A stretch of 63,754 bases of DNA, filler included, from Intoshia linei (taxonomy: Eukaryota > Animalia > Orthonectida), in the NCBI GenBank assembly GCA_001642005.1. It is 7 parts of 7 records of this genome, joined end to end, with 100 filler letters (N's around TTAATTAATTAA, not from the genome) between each part and the next. Parts side by side here need not be neighbours in the genome. Positions count along the whole stretch, not along the records: positions 1 to 7,714 come from LWCA01001524.1; positions 7,815 to 11,977 come from LWCA01001978.1; 5 more parts are not named here. The stretch is one strand, 5' to 3'. The notes beneath the pieces are model-generated. The model made no database searches, was not told the DNA's origin, and was given only the letters and a program-made list of their open reading frames with translations. This document shows positions 1-11,833 of the stretch, in pieces. A program made the position numbers and the translations under genes. The stretch's first letter is position 1; each line of letters begins with the position of its first letter.

Positions 1-99
1 TAAACAAGTTATAAACGCTTTAATACTTACTTAAACTGATGATGAAACAAAAAAGTTTTTAAAACCAAATAAAATTTTCGTTTTAAAAATGGCTAGTAT

Positions 100-320
100 T
101 TATCGTGTCAGTATTTTAAATGGTTTGTCAGTAGAAATATTGAATTTTCAGTTGATATAATGGATTGCCAGTGTTTTAGGTGCCAACTGACAAGGTGTCA
201 GTATAAATAATGGATTGTCAGTATTTAAATTGGAATGGCAGTAAAAAAAATTATTTTGTCAGTACTTTATATATACTGTCAGTATTTAAATTGAATTTTC
301 TGTATAAATTGAAATTGACA
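100..320. repeat. Degenerate short-period tandem repeat (core TGTCAGTATTTAAATTG)
   Basis: gtcagta/gccagt core recurs about 8 times at irregular 20-35 nt spacing; probably the subterminal region of a MITE. Confidence 0.5.
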
Positions 321-543
321 AAAAATACTTTTGTAAAATATATTACAAAACTCTACTATTGCCATAATTACATTCTATTTGTTCTCATAAAAAAATATTC
401 TCTGTTGTGAACACCATAAAATATTTATAATTTTTTTATAATATGGTTTGTAGGTATAATATGGTATCTTAATATTTCAGTTTTAACTTGGGTCTGTAAT
501 GGATGATATAACTCAAAAACAAAAACTCGATTTTTCCATTAAA

Positions 544-725
544 GGTTGGTAAAAGTGGGTTTTCCCATAATGGTTGGTAAAATTGGGATTTTCCCTAAAG
601 GGCTTTTAAAATCGAATTTATAATTAAATGTTGGTAAAAGTGAGTTTTCCCATAAGGGTTGGTAAAATTGGGGTTTTTCCCTTAAAGGTTGGTAAAACTG
701 GAATTTTTCCTTTTAGGGTTGGACT
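544..725 (+). repeat. 28-30 bp tandem array (GGTTGGTAAAATTGGGWTTTTCCCWWAA), about 7 units; dispersed family
   Basis: Unit starts near 544, 572, 601, 629, 657, 687, 717. The same block with its 5' flank recurs at ~63225-63390 and inverted at ~36110-36290. Confidence 0.85.
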
Positions 726-1437
726 CAATAAAAACTAATAAACCGCGTATCAAATAATTATACAGTAATTAAATAAAATTGATGTTATATACAAAAACCA
801 CCGTCTATGGATGCATACCAAAAACTGATAAAAATAAAACCAAAATGATGATATATTCATATAACCTAGATAATAAAGTAAAAATATGTTATGAACGATC
901 CATGTAGTAAATTCAACGATGGTTCAGTATAATAAATAATTAAGGTCATAGAAATAAATTGTGAAATTACTTTTGATATTATTAAATCAGATGCATTAAC
1001 AGAAATACTTCGTTTGAAAATCTAAAAGTGAATAATAATTTGGTCTATAATTATAAAAAACCGACAAAATACTTTGTTTCATGATTATAAAATGAACTTG
1101 TAAATAAGCTTTAAATTGAATAATTGTTGAGATGACGATACTTAAATTAAGTAAATGAAATAGCGTGGATTAATACTTAGTATTCCCTATATTACTGCAT
1201 CTTTAAAGTAAAATTTAGTAGAAACTATTTGTAATATTAAAAATATCAAAAATTCAAAGAAAATGATAAATGAATGAACAAAAATTGATGAAATAAAATA
1301 AGTAAAATAAATAAAGTATAATTTGGATTAAAATTTCTTATTCAATTAAGGCTTTTATATTATTATTTTTACCATCCAAGCATTTACCTATTATAAAATA
1401 TACAACTTTGTAACTCAATTAAAGAACCATACCACGT

Positions 1438-2945
1438 ATGAAAGAATTTTCTATATTAAAAAGTATTGATGTTAAATATACATAACAAAATATATTAGCT
1501 GGATGGAACATCTGCAGATCCAAGGTTGAAATAAGAAACATACATTATTCTGATAAACGTAATTTTGAGTTTAAATTAATTTTCATAAAAATTTAGTAAC
1601 TTTGGATGATTTATGGAGAAGTGTCAGAACAGTCAGCAACCAAGGTGCACGAAAGGGTAGAGCTAAATCTGTGAGACGTCGTATTTACTTGAGATTACCA
1701 AATATGGGTGAAGGTAAAACAACATCTGACATAAAATTACTCTAGAATGGTGTATAATTGAACTATACCATTTAATTAGGTGTTAATCGCTTCAATATTC
1801 CTGGATTGAATACCCCTTTGTTGAACGATAGAAAAGTTTTGACACCGTCAAAATCTAGCTACAATTTCGACAATGAAATGACTGAGGCACGTTTTAATTT
1901 TACACCATCATTTTGTAATATAGGACTCATTAAAAGGATCAAAAATAACTTACTTATCACCCATGGAAAGGGGTTGGAGTGGAAGGTTTATGCTGGGAAG
2001 GTCTTTAGGACCGCCCGTCAGTGAAACTTGTAATTTTACAATTATCATTACTTTTAACGTAATTTCTTTTTAAAGGTGAATTTGAAAACTTTGATTCTAT
2101 TTTATTACAAGTAAGTTGTTTATTTAAAATTTTAATCATTTTATCATTCAACAGCTTCGCCGTGTTGTTCACATGTCAGGTACACTTGGACGCAAACCCT
2201 CCTTCAAAGCTCTTGTAGCTATTGGCAATGGAAATGGGATAGGAGGTTTACCTTTAACATTTTAAACTACCCGTCATTTAGGTTTTTCGACTGCCACTGC
2301 ATCTACCCCTTTTACTTCCATGGTGCAGGCTAGAGATCGAGCTGGCAAAAAGCTACAATATATTCAAAGATTCAACGAACACACAGGTTTCAAAGTCAAA
2401 TGGAAATTTAATTTAAATTTAGTGTACCACAACATGTTTCATCATCTTCACAGATGCCGTATTTATATACAACCTCGAGAAAAAGGATTCGGTTTAAAGT
2501 GTAATAGAGTCCTTAAAGCAGTATGTAAATTATTGGGTATAAAAAATATACAAGTGAAAGACGCTAATGGGACATGCATAAACACCATGTTACACGCATT
2601 TTTTAGAGCTCTCGATGGCCAAGTACCAACTTGATTCCCTAAATAACATACATTTAGGAGTCACATCAAGATCTGGTTAATCGAACCAACAAATTTTTAG
2701 TAGCATTTAAAGAAGAAGAAGGGTTATACCCCAATATAATAGCTTCGCCCACAAATTACACCGGAGAAAACATTAAAGAATACGATTTTGACACAATATA
2801 TACGCAAGGAAAATTAAGATACATCAAACCAAAACTAGGAAATCAAAATATTGATTCCATGTACCTGCGTTTTTTGAGAAGAAAACAACGGTTCAGAAAT
2901 CAAAATGATGTACACCTCCTCCGACAAGCCGGTCTCCATATTTGA
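1438..2945 (+). CDS. MRPS5: Mitochondrial ribosomal protein S5 (uS5m), multi-exon
   Basis: Spliced translation MKEFSILKTGWNIC...LTLDDLWRSV..QGARKGRAK..MERGWSG..SLGPP..LRRVVHMSGTLGRKPSFKALVAIGNGNGIGG..GFGLKCNRVLKAVCKLLGIKN..; introns mostly 36-45 nt; stop TGA at 2943-2945. Confidence 0.93.
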
Positions 2946-2994
2946 ATTTAATTCAGAAACAATTAAAATGTATATGTAAAAGTGTATTGTAAAA

Positions 2995-3345
2995 CTAGGT
3001 ATTGTATTTCGCATTGGTTTTTTGTATAGGCTTTAAAACAAGATCGTTTCTTGAATAATCTCGATATTCGTATATTTTATTTTTTCGGATAAATCTTTTT
3101 ATATAAGAATAGATTGATTGTTTGGTTCGTAATTGGAGTGTAAGTACCACAAAAAATGATATCACAAATAATAAACCTGTGGCCATAATTAAATTGTTAT
3201 TTTCCCGTAATTTTGAGTTTTCTTTGGTTTTTGAGCCATTACTTTTGAGGCTTTGATCAAATTTGAAACTAGACATCATGACAAAAAAACTTACCACTAC
3301 AATTATTGAGAAAATTATCGAGGCTATATTGTAAATTTTGTCCAT
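2995..3345 (-). CDS. Hypothetical 116-aa protein with two predicted TM helices
   Basis: Intronless ATG-stop ORF, convergent with MRPS5; hydrophobic segments IASIIFSIIVVVSFFVMM and LIMATGLLFVISFFVVLTL; family not recognised. Confidence 0.55.
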   Translation of the reverse strand: MDKIYNIASIIFSIIVVVSFFVMMSSFKFDQSLKSNGSKTKENSKLRENNNLIMATGLLFVISFFVVLTLQLRTKQSIYSYIKRFIRKNKIYEYRDYSRNDLVLKPIQKTNAKYNT

Positions 3346-4415
3346 TTTTTTCAGTCGTGGGAATATTATGTTTCTTAGCTAAATTTCAATATATTAGACT
3401 AGTGATTCATATGGGCGACTCGTTACCTCAAGAGTGAATAAATAAATTATATAATATGTATTAGGCGAGCGTTTCCTAACCGTGGGGTTAGGCCCCCTGG
3501 GGCCTGATACATTTCACGAATTTATTGCAATTATGAAAACTTTAGATTAATTTAATGTTAATTTTGTACAACTACCAACTAGCTCAACTGGGGTAGATTT
3601 TTAATTGATTTTAAGTTTTTGAGGTTGTGATTGATGCTAATTCTCATGATTTTAAAAACTATCCAGGATTTATGTCTTATCTGTATTGTCATATTTTATC
3701 GAAAATATAATGTAACTGAACGAATTATGATTTTCAAATTTACCAATAAATTTTAGACATTGTTTTAAATGTTATGGAAAAATATTTGTAGTTATTGCAT
3801 AATAAAAATTACGGGGTTTAAAGGTCCCATTTTAAAATATTTTTATAGAGCCAATAATTTCAATTTGACCCTAGTCTACTGCTGAGTCGCCACGACCCTG
3901 TCCCGGGTACAATGACTAAACCTTAAAAATTAAATCAAGTTTACGTTAAACAAGTTTTGTGTAATTTTTGATTATACATAATACATTTGTACTAATATAG
4001 TGTTTTCCAACAACCATTCCACGTGCTGATCCCAGAAGAATTTATTAAAAATGGAATTTATCAAGTATTTTCTAAAAATCTCTCCCCGGTGAAGAATTTA
4101 CCAACTACGGCTAAACGTGAATATATGACACCACATTGATTTAACTTCACAAGAAGAGAGAGATAAACATAAGAAAGACTTATAGAACAAAAATGATATA
4201 ATACTTTTATACCTTGGTAGCCTATATTCAGAATGTCACAGATTGTTATATTTTTATCTGTCTGTCGGAGTAAAGAGATCGGGAAACGCCGGTCTATAAT
4301 ATCGTTCTCTATGATTAATAACGGTAAAAAACTTTATCATCTCGTGAGCTACCAAAATATTTGGACCCGTACTTTTATTACATGAATTGTACAAATAAAC
4401 ACAAGTAAGTTACAT

Positions 4416-4611
4416 CAACGGTTCCCAAACAGATCAAAGGTCCATGGACACCTTCTGGCGGCAGCAAAATTAATACTTAAAAAAATTGTAAGCTTTGAAA
4501 AGCGATGTAGTGATACTATGCGCTAATGTTTCTTAGAAATTTAATTTTAAGTGGTCCGCGAAAAATGTGCTTTTTAGTTTCCGTTTCGTATTAAAAGTTT
4601 TCTAACCCTTA
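4416..4611. mobile_element. Degenerate hAT-type MITE
   Basis: Left end CAACGGTTCCCAAAC and right end GTTTTCTAACCCTT resemble the CAGTGGTTCCCAAAC termini; flanks agttacat/ggttagat look like a decayed 8-bp TSD. Confidence 0.4.
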
Positions 4612-4654
4612 GGTTAGATGTTTTGAGATGTTTTTAAATCTATTATAAAATACA

Positions 4655-5428
4655 TTTATAGCTCTTTTCTTAGAATTATATTTCGTTTCACATAACTCGC
4701 ACGTTTGCGCAATAGACCCAACAGCTCCATTTTTTGATTTGTTTCGTATCCACCTCTAAATGACTAGATATATAAATGTAATTTTCAGTTCTAATAAATA
4801 TGATGCAATCTAAACTGTCAGTAAACAATATATATAAAAGTACCCTCAAACATCTATCATGAACATACGCCATAGTTCCTATACATTTACAGGGAGAGAT
4901 GAGAGTATGACTGTTTTTTGTGGACTGACAATATCGACACATTTTAGAACAAGTGGGTGAACTGTGAAATGAAATCGTGGTATTATTGTCTGATATATTA
5001 GAATGTGATCTTTGACAGTCGTTATAAATACTAATGGATACACTCGAGTTTTGTTGGTTTTTTAAATTGATAGAATTTTCATCATTGTTACAAATCGGGT
5101 TGGTGATTTCATTAGCATTTCTGGATCCATCTTTTTCATCCTCACTCAACAGCACGGATTTCTCAAAATGTTGACTCCACTTTGTAGACACCAAGTTGGG
5201 TACTGTATAAAGCTGTAAACTGCAAGCATCAGCAAATTTTTCACCTTTTGAATAATTTTTGTATATTGAGACAAATGGAAACTTTGGTATTGAAGCAGGC
5301 TGGTATACCGGCACAGTCGTGTCATTTACCAGTTCATAGTTTATTGTGTTGAATTTTTGTTTGGGTAGTGTAAATTGTGATTCACTGTTTGATCGACCTC
5401 TGTAGTTTGCGTTTCGAATCATCGACAT
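4655..5428 (-). CDS. RING-CH (RINGv) MARCH-type E3 ubiquitin ligase; 3' exons uncertain
   Basis: CRYC..LISPCKCIGTMAYVHDRCL, then after an intron (~4756-4843) RWIRNKSKNGAVGSIAQTCELCETKY completes the C4HC3 RING-CH; possible further exons at ~4140-4307. Confidence 0.8.
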
Positions 5429-6017
5429 TGCAATATTGACAGTTAAAACTGATATTAGGGTGTGAGATTCAATTTGAGAAGCGGCTCAAAGCAAAAAAAT
5501 GCAGATATTACAGGAATTTGGCAGAGCCAATCAATTTACAACATTCCAGAAATTTGTAATCAAATATATATCAACTTTTATGACCTAAATTTATTTAAAT
5601 AGCTCAAATTGTTTGTACAAAATATATTTCAATTCAAACAGTCAATATGAGCTTAAATGTGTTTCATTTACGAAAAGTAAGGTTACACGAAATGTTACCT
5701 TACAATGAATATAATTGATGGCATTTGATGCATTTATTTTACAAAAAATTAATAGGTTCGTGGTTTACTCTTTAGATACATACTTTACTCCATATTTAGT
5801 CTTTTTAGTTTTAATTTTTCTTCTTTTTGTAGGACTATCGCTTCGCATCTCACATTCACCGTTCTTTTTGTAGTTCTTGCATTCCATTTCAAATATGATC
5901 ATAAATAATACATTAGAGTGCTAGTTTACATATTTAATAAATAGGTCGGAAGATAAAGTTTAATAAACGAAAATGTAGTTTGTCATAGATGCATATTTCA
6001 AAAAATTTGGAATTTCG

Positions 6018-6714
6018 TCCGTGCTTATTCACATTATCAGTAATCGTGTCATCATCAATCATTTCATAATAAAGTTATTTCATCAGCAATTGTTTCATCA
6101 GTAATTCATATTATCAGTATTTTCTCATCTGTTTTGTTTTTATCAGTTTTATGTCAATTGTTTCAATAATTTGTAATTTTGAGATTAATATTAGATATAA
6201 TTAGTATTAAGTTTAATTGATTATGACATATTTTATATATTGGTGGTAGAATCTTTTTAAGAAAAAGAAAATATATTATGTTAATAAAATTTAATTTTTT
6301 TCAAATATTATATTGTTCGTTCAAAACTGGACAACTTCACCTATCTCTTGTCGATTTCTGAGAAAAAATGTATTTATTCCTAATTATACAAAAATAAGCA
6401 ATATTCAAATGTATATTCAGCTTGAATTATAAACAAGATAACATTTCCAAAGATAATACTTAATAACAACAAATCTCAAAAGGATTATTTTTAATTGAAA
6501 AATAATTTTAATCTTGTCGATAATAATACAGATCGTAATATCAAAAGAAATTAAAAATATATATAAAATAAATTTAAAATAGAAAATGTATTAAAATTAC
6601 TAATGAGAATGAAACTGACAAGTAAAAACTGATAATATGAATTGCTGATGAAATAACTTTATTATGAAATGATTGCTAATGACATGATTAATGATGATGT
6701 GATAAGGAACCCGG
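6018..6714. mobile_element. Foldback/MITE-like element with long imperfect inverted arms
   Basis: 6018-6120 (..caatcatttcataataaagttatttcatcagcaatt..) is the reverse complement of ~6625-6714; AT-rich non-coding interior; no clear TSD. Confidence 0.7.
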
Positions 6715-6945
6715 AGCATTAATAAAAAATTATCATATACATTCTCTCATCTCTCAACCATAGTTTAAAATGTAATAAATTGCATAACGTTGATTTAACC
6801 TACAAACAAAATACGTTTACTAAATCATAGCATAAAAGTCATTCTAATTAAAAAAAATCTGGACTAGTGACTAGGTTTAGCAAAAAGGACTATTAAAGTA
6901 TTATTTGATATGCGACTTGCGAAAAATACAACAGATTTGTATATA

Positions 6946-7714
6946 CAGGCTAATTCCTCATTAACGGAAAAAAATTCCTGATTAACGGACTATGAATTTT
7001 TCTCAAGTACAAAAATTCCGTTAAATTTTAATTTAAAATTATATCATCATAATTATATTGTAATTAATAATAAAGCTTTTTCGGTTCTAATCATATCTTT
7101 AGATACGTAAAACATTTTTATCAAAAAAGCAAATTTTAAATATCAAAATACACCAACAAAAATTTGTCTGTGAAAAGTATGGTCTTGCATCGTCAACTGT
7201 TTCAAATATTAAAAAGAACGAAGAAAAGGTTCTTAAACAATTTAATAGAAACACAATTATTGGAAATAAAAATAATAGTAAACCATGATTAGCTTAGATA
7301 ATGTAAACTTTGATACAGTTCTGATCAGTAAATTATTTAATCTCTGAAATAATAACATTCCAGTGAATGGATACATAATGAAAGAACAAGCAAAGATTTT
7401 AAAAAAGGAAATGAATAGCGAAAATTGTGGTGGATTAAAAAAGTTCAAAGCCAGTGATGGATGGCTAAGGTCATTCAAACGTAGTCTGGTACGAAAGCAT
7501 CATTTAGTCAAAATGATATTGATGATTTCTTTCATATTTTCAAAGATAAATTAATTGAGTATGAAATAAAGGACATTTTAATGCCGATGAAACTGCACTA
7601 TATTATAAAAAATTGTCTACGAAAAGCTACATCTTTATTGCACAGAAATCTACTAAAAAAATTAAAGACAATAAAGATAGAATGACAATTTTACTCAACT
7701 GTAGTGCTCTTGGT
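6946..7714 (+). mobile_element. Tigger/pogo DNA transposon remnant, cut by assembly gap
   Basis: TA|CAGG terminus; CENP-B-type HTH (IPVNGYIMKEQAK..FKASDGWLRSFKR) and DDE_1 start (FNADETALYYK..KDRMTILLNCSALG) with stops and frameshifts. Confidence 0.88.
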
Positions 7715-7814
7715 NNNNNNNNNNNNNNNNNNNNNNNNNNNNNNNNNNNNNNNNNNNNTTAATTAATTAANNNNNNNNNNNNNNNNNNNNNNNNNNNNNN
7801 NNNNNNNNNNNNNN
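7715..7814. other. Assembly gap with artificial spacer (also 11978-12077, 22304-22403, 45700-45799, 57529-57628, 62206-62305)
   Basis: N44-TTAATTAATTAA-N44, identical in all six gaps. Confidence 0.97.
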
Positions 7815-8497
7815 ATTATGGAATCTCTGTATTGACCATATTCATTGCAAACATGACTTTATTCAATGCAAACATGATTAACAAAATCGTGATTGTCTTG
7901 TATTTGAATGAATTTATTATATTGTAAATAACCAGAATTCGAGAAATTAAATCGTTAATAAAATCCAAAAAAATTGAGCTAGAAACAAATTTAAAAAAAT
8001 AAACTGTATAACTAAACATGAAAAACAGTATTATAAAGGCGGTACCACGTTTAAAAGCTCAAAACCCAATTTCCGTTAAAATAAAGTTCAGTTTTAATTT
8101 CTTCAAATATTTATAGTGATACTTAAAATGACAAACGCAACTCGAATAGATAGCGTTAAATATTTTTGATTGCGAATTAGTTTTTCTATTTTAAAAGTAC
8201 ACACTTTTAGTGCTAATTGCCCTTGATTCTTTGATGGGTGTGACACCCTATATTAACAAGTGTTTTCAAAATCAAATTTCCACTGTACTGCATAATGCAG
8301 TAGATAACACACATAGTGTTAAATAATTCTAAGCCCCATTATTTTTTATATTTATGCAGAGCCGAACTTACCGTAACTGACACCCTCCTCGGAGTAGGGC
8401 CTGACGAAATTTTTATATAAAGGGACCTAATTTTTCTAAAATTTTATTTTTAAATGTAAAATATAAATTTTTTTCTTTCTGACGAGACTGAAACTCA

Positions 8498-8668
<171 letters not shown>

Positions 8669-8832
8669 CTAATTAAATTATTTTAATATAATGTCAAATA
8701 TCGCTCACAGGAATTGAAACGAATTAATTGAAATTGCAAAAATAAAATATAAACTTAATTTTACTAATTATTCATTTAGTTAAAGTGGCCAGAAAAAACG
8801 AACTTTTCAAATAATACTTTGTCATTAACTTA

Positions 8833-10120
8833 CAGTGCGCGACACGTATTAGGAGGGTGTAAATAAATACCGAATAAAATGTAAATAAATAAATAATGTT
8901 GAACTGTGAAAATGTATTAATACTGTAATATAAAGTACATACCTTATTCTCATTATCACTCAATTAAAATCACACTTTCAAATCAAATTAAATAATTAAT
9001 TATTATATAATTCAATAAATATTATAGATCACTTATCTGTTACATTACAAATACTATGTCTATTATATTGCAGCGCAAATAGTTAAAATTTTAAATTAAA
9101 CTTTAACTTAAAGGCCTAAATTTTATCTTTATCAAAAAAAATTTTTTAAATAAACAATAACCTACGATTTTGTGATAAATAAACTTGTATCTAATTGAAA
9201 TCATAAGGTTAGTATTTTTAAAATTAACATATTATTTATAAGGTTTTTATAATACATAAATAACATTTTATTGTCTACAGTGTTACAGATCCATACACTA
9301 TGGGAAGAATATCAGCCAAAAAGCCATTGCTATCTAAACCTAACATAAAAAATAGATTATTATTGTGTCAATCTCACCTAAAATGGAGCAATTTAGATTA
9401 GAATGAGGTGTTCTTTACGGACGAAAGTAAAATACCACTATTATTTACTACCACGTCATACATGTATGTTAGAAGACCAAAAGTAAAAAGATTCGATCCA
9501 AAATACACAACTAATACTACAAAATATTCACCGTCAATAATTGTATGGGGTGCCATTCGATACGATGGTAGCCGCATTCTTGTGAGATGTAATGGGAATG
9601 TTGATTCAAATGAGTACATTAGGATTTTATCTAACATGACGTCTAGCTTTTACCCAAGAAGATTCTTTTTTTAACAGGATAACGCGCTTTGCCATAAATC
9701 TACAAAAAGTATAGACTACTTATCCACTAAGCAAATTTAATTACATGAAAACTGGCCACCACCGAGTCCTGATATTAATATCATTGAAAATATGTTGCAT
9801 ATGTAGTTGAATTAATCAGTTTAATTGAAAGAGAGTGTTCTCTATCTAATTGGTTCCAACTAGAGCAACCATTGTCAAATTGTCGTTAAATACAGTTTAT
9901 CGACAAAAATGACATTTTTAATAAAATTTTCCATTTTGTATAAACTAAATGGAATGTGAGCTATATTGACAATCATCTAACTACGATGTAAATTTAATTG
10001 GTTTTGCATCATGCAAATGTACATTCTACATGATGCAAACTATGTAAAAACCTGTAAAATGCACTTAATTTTAATTTAACTTAAACTACACATATACTAA
10101 GACAGAGTAACTCAGTGAAT
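8833..10120 (+). mobile_element. Tc1/mariner transposon remnant (DD35E), interrupted by a solo LTR
   Basis: TA|CAGTG end at 8833; KKPLLS..NRL, VFFTDESK, IVWGAI, QDNA.CH, WPPPSPDINIIENMLH(I)L; in-frame stops. Confidence 0.9.
9802..10090. mobile_element. Solo LTR (289 bp)
   Basis: TGTAGTT...AACTACA inverted ends; 4-bp TSD CATA (9798-9801 and 10091-10094); removing it restores the Tc1 frame ENMLHILRQ. Confidence 0.85.
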
Positions 10121-10181
10121 ATTACTCACGTCACGTGAAAAATTATTATTCGTTATTCAAATTAAAATCCACATATTAACA

Positions 10182-10880
10182 ATGCAAAACAGCCTTGATA
10201 CTTGTTTAAAAGAAACCAATCGTCGTAAACGGATAAAATTAGCTTACGAGAGTCATGAATGTCTTTTAGTTTTACCCGATTCAAAACTTTTCTGTAAGGT
10301 ATGTAACAAAACAATTTCCAAAAACTATAATATCAATGCTCACCTGAAAACACAATCTCACTTATCCAACATAATTGTGCAGCCCGTCCAATCATGCACG
10401 ATGATAATTTTAAATGTATTTTGGAGAAAGCATTTTTATCAGCCAATATTCCATTCAGTAAACTACGGAATAAACATAAAAAAATTATTTGATTATATGA
10501 AATTTCCTATTCCTTCTGAAACGTCAATGCGGTCCATCGAAAAAACTTTACCAGAATAATTTAAATATTATAAAGGACTATTTATCCAATAATGAAGAAT
10601 TTTTTATGATAGTAGATGAAACTAATCTCAACGATGAAAAATTTGCCAATTTTTAATAGGTAAATGATTAATAATATAAAATATAATGTATTTATAGGTC
10701 TAGCCAGTAAACCTTCAATTTCTTACTTAGTCTTATGTGATGTATTAGAATCGTCTCCAAATAATATTTACGTGAAAAATAAAATTTGTGATATTATATC
10801 TTCCTTTAATCTCAAACCAAATAATCTTATTCTACTTTTAACGGATGCTGCCTCATATATGGTTCTCGGTGGTGAAAAAT
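10182..10880 (+). mobile_element. Degenerate hAT-related (CGGBP1/DUF659-like) transposase
   Basis: C2H2 finger LFCKVC..HLKTQSH; AFLSANIPFSKL..IPSETSMR; MIVDET; LLLTDAASYMV across frameshifts. Confidence 0.7.
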
Positions 10881-10882
10881 GA

Positions 10883-11833
10883 AAATCTGAAAAATTTATT
10901 TTGGAGGATGGTGCGGAAATCCAGAGTCCCAACTTGGGACTACCAACTTAAAATGAGCCAAACTTGGATTAGAGCTGTAAATAGAAATGATAGAGATGGA
11001 ATCGATCGTATTATGGATAATAAATCAATCGATAAACATGATTTCGCAACTCTAAAAAATATCCTGGTGGATTCGTAAATCACAAATGACAGTAGATCAG
11101 TATTGTATGCGCGTTTTACAGAGGTGTCGTTTAAAAAGATGTCGGTAGTCGAAGGATTTGAAATTATGAAGTCGTTTTTGGCACAACCCCACCCAAAGAT
11201 GCCAAAAGATGTAGTCGTCGAAATATGGGAAGAGGAACTTAATGTTTCGTCTTCCCAAGGTTATTGTTGATCGCTTGCGCTAAGAGTCGATGACATAATC
11301 AGGAAAGCTGATACCTTGATAAAGGAATGGTGTGCCCGTCCAAAAATCAAACCTGTTAAGGAATCACAGTAGACACCATAAGTCGTCACTGGTAATCTAA
11401 CTACAAATTCAATACCGCAGTTTAACGAATTTGTGTCGAATCCCTACTTAAGAAAACTAAATGTAGAGACGTGTCCAAGAAATTTTCTCCACAGTTTCTA
11501 TAGAACCGGGAAGGTCGCTCGAATTTTTGCTATGCCTGCAAAACAGAATGTCACATTTCCTACAATTTCCCTGTACGCACCGGAATTGCGTAAATAAATG
11601 GAATTAATCGTCGTCGTTGAATGACATTTCGTCGAAAGAGCTTTTCACGAAGAGTAGTCGAACCACCCAAAATCAAGGAGGGAGGTGTAGTAATATAGTT
11701 ACAATTAGTTGTCGATAAGAAAGTTCACTTTATTTTTATATTCACAATATTCAATGCACGTTTTATTCACAATTTATAAGTGATTTTGTTGACAGTAGGA
11801 ACAATTATTAATTAATCGGACAATCCTATTACA
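10883..11833 (+). mobile_element. LTR retrotransposon remnant: decayed gag-like region, PPT and short 3' LTR
   Basis: Higher-GC decayed coding stretch; purine tract AAGGAGGGAGG immediately followed by TGTAGTAA (11686)...TATTACA (11833). Confidence 0.55.

Noticed and set aside
544-725. 28-30 bp repeats as a CRISPR array
   Set aside because: Units are contiguous with no unique spacers, there are no cas genes, and the context is eukaryotic
7759-7770. TTAATTAATTAA palindrome repeated six times between N runs
   Set aside because: Artificial gap spacer with stops in all six frames; not biological. It also creates the false end of ORF 57573-58121
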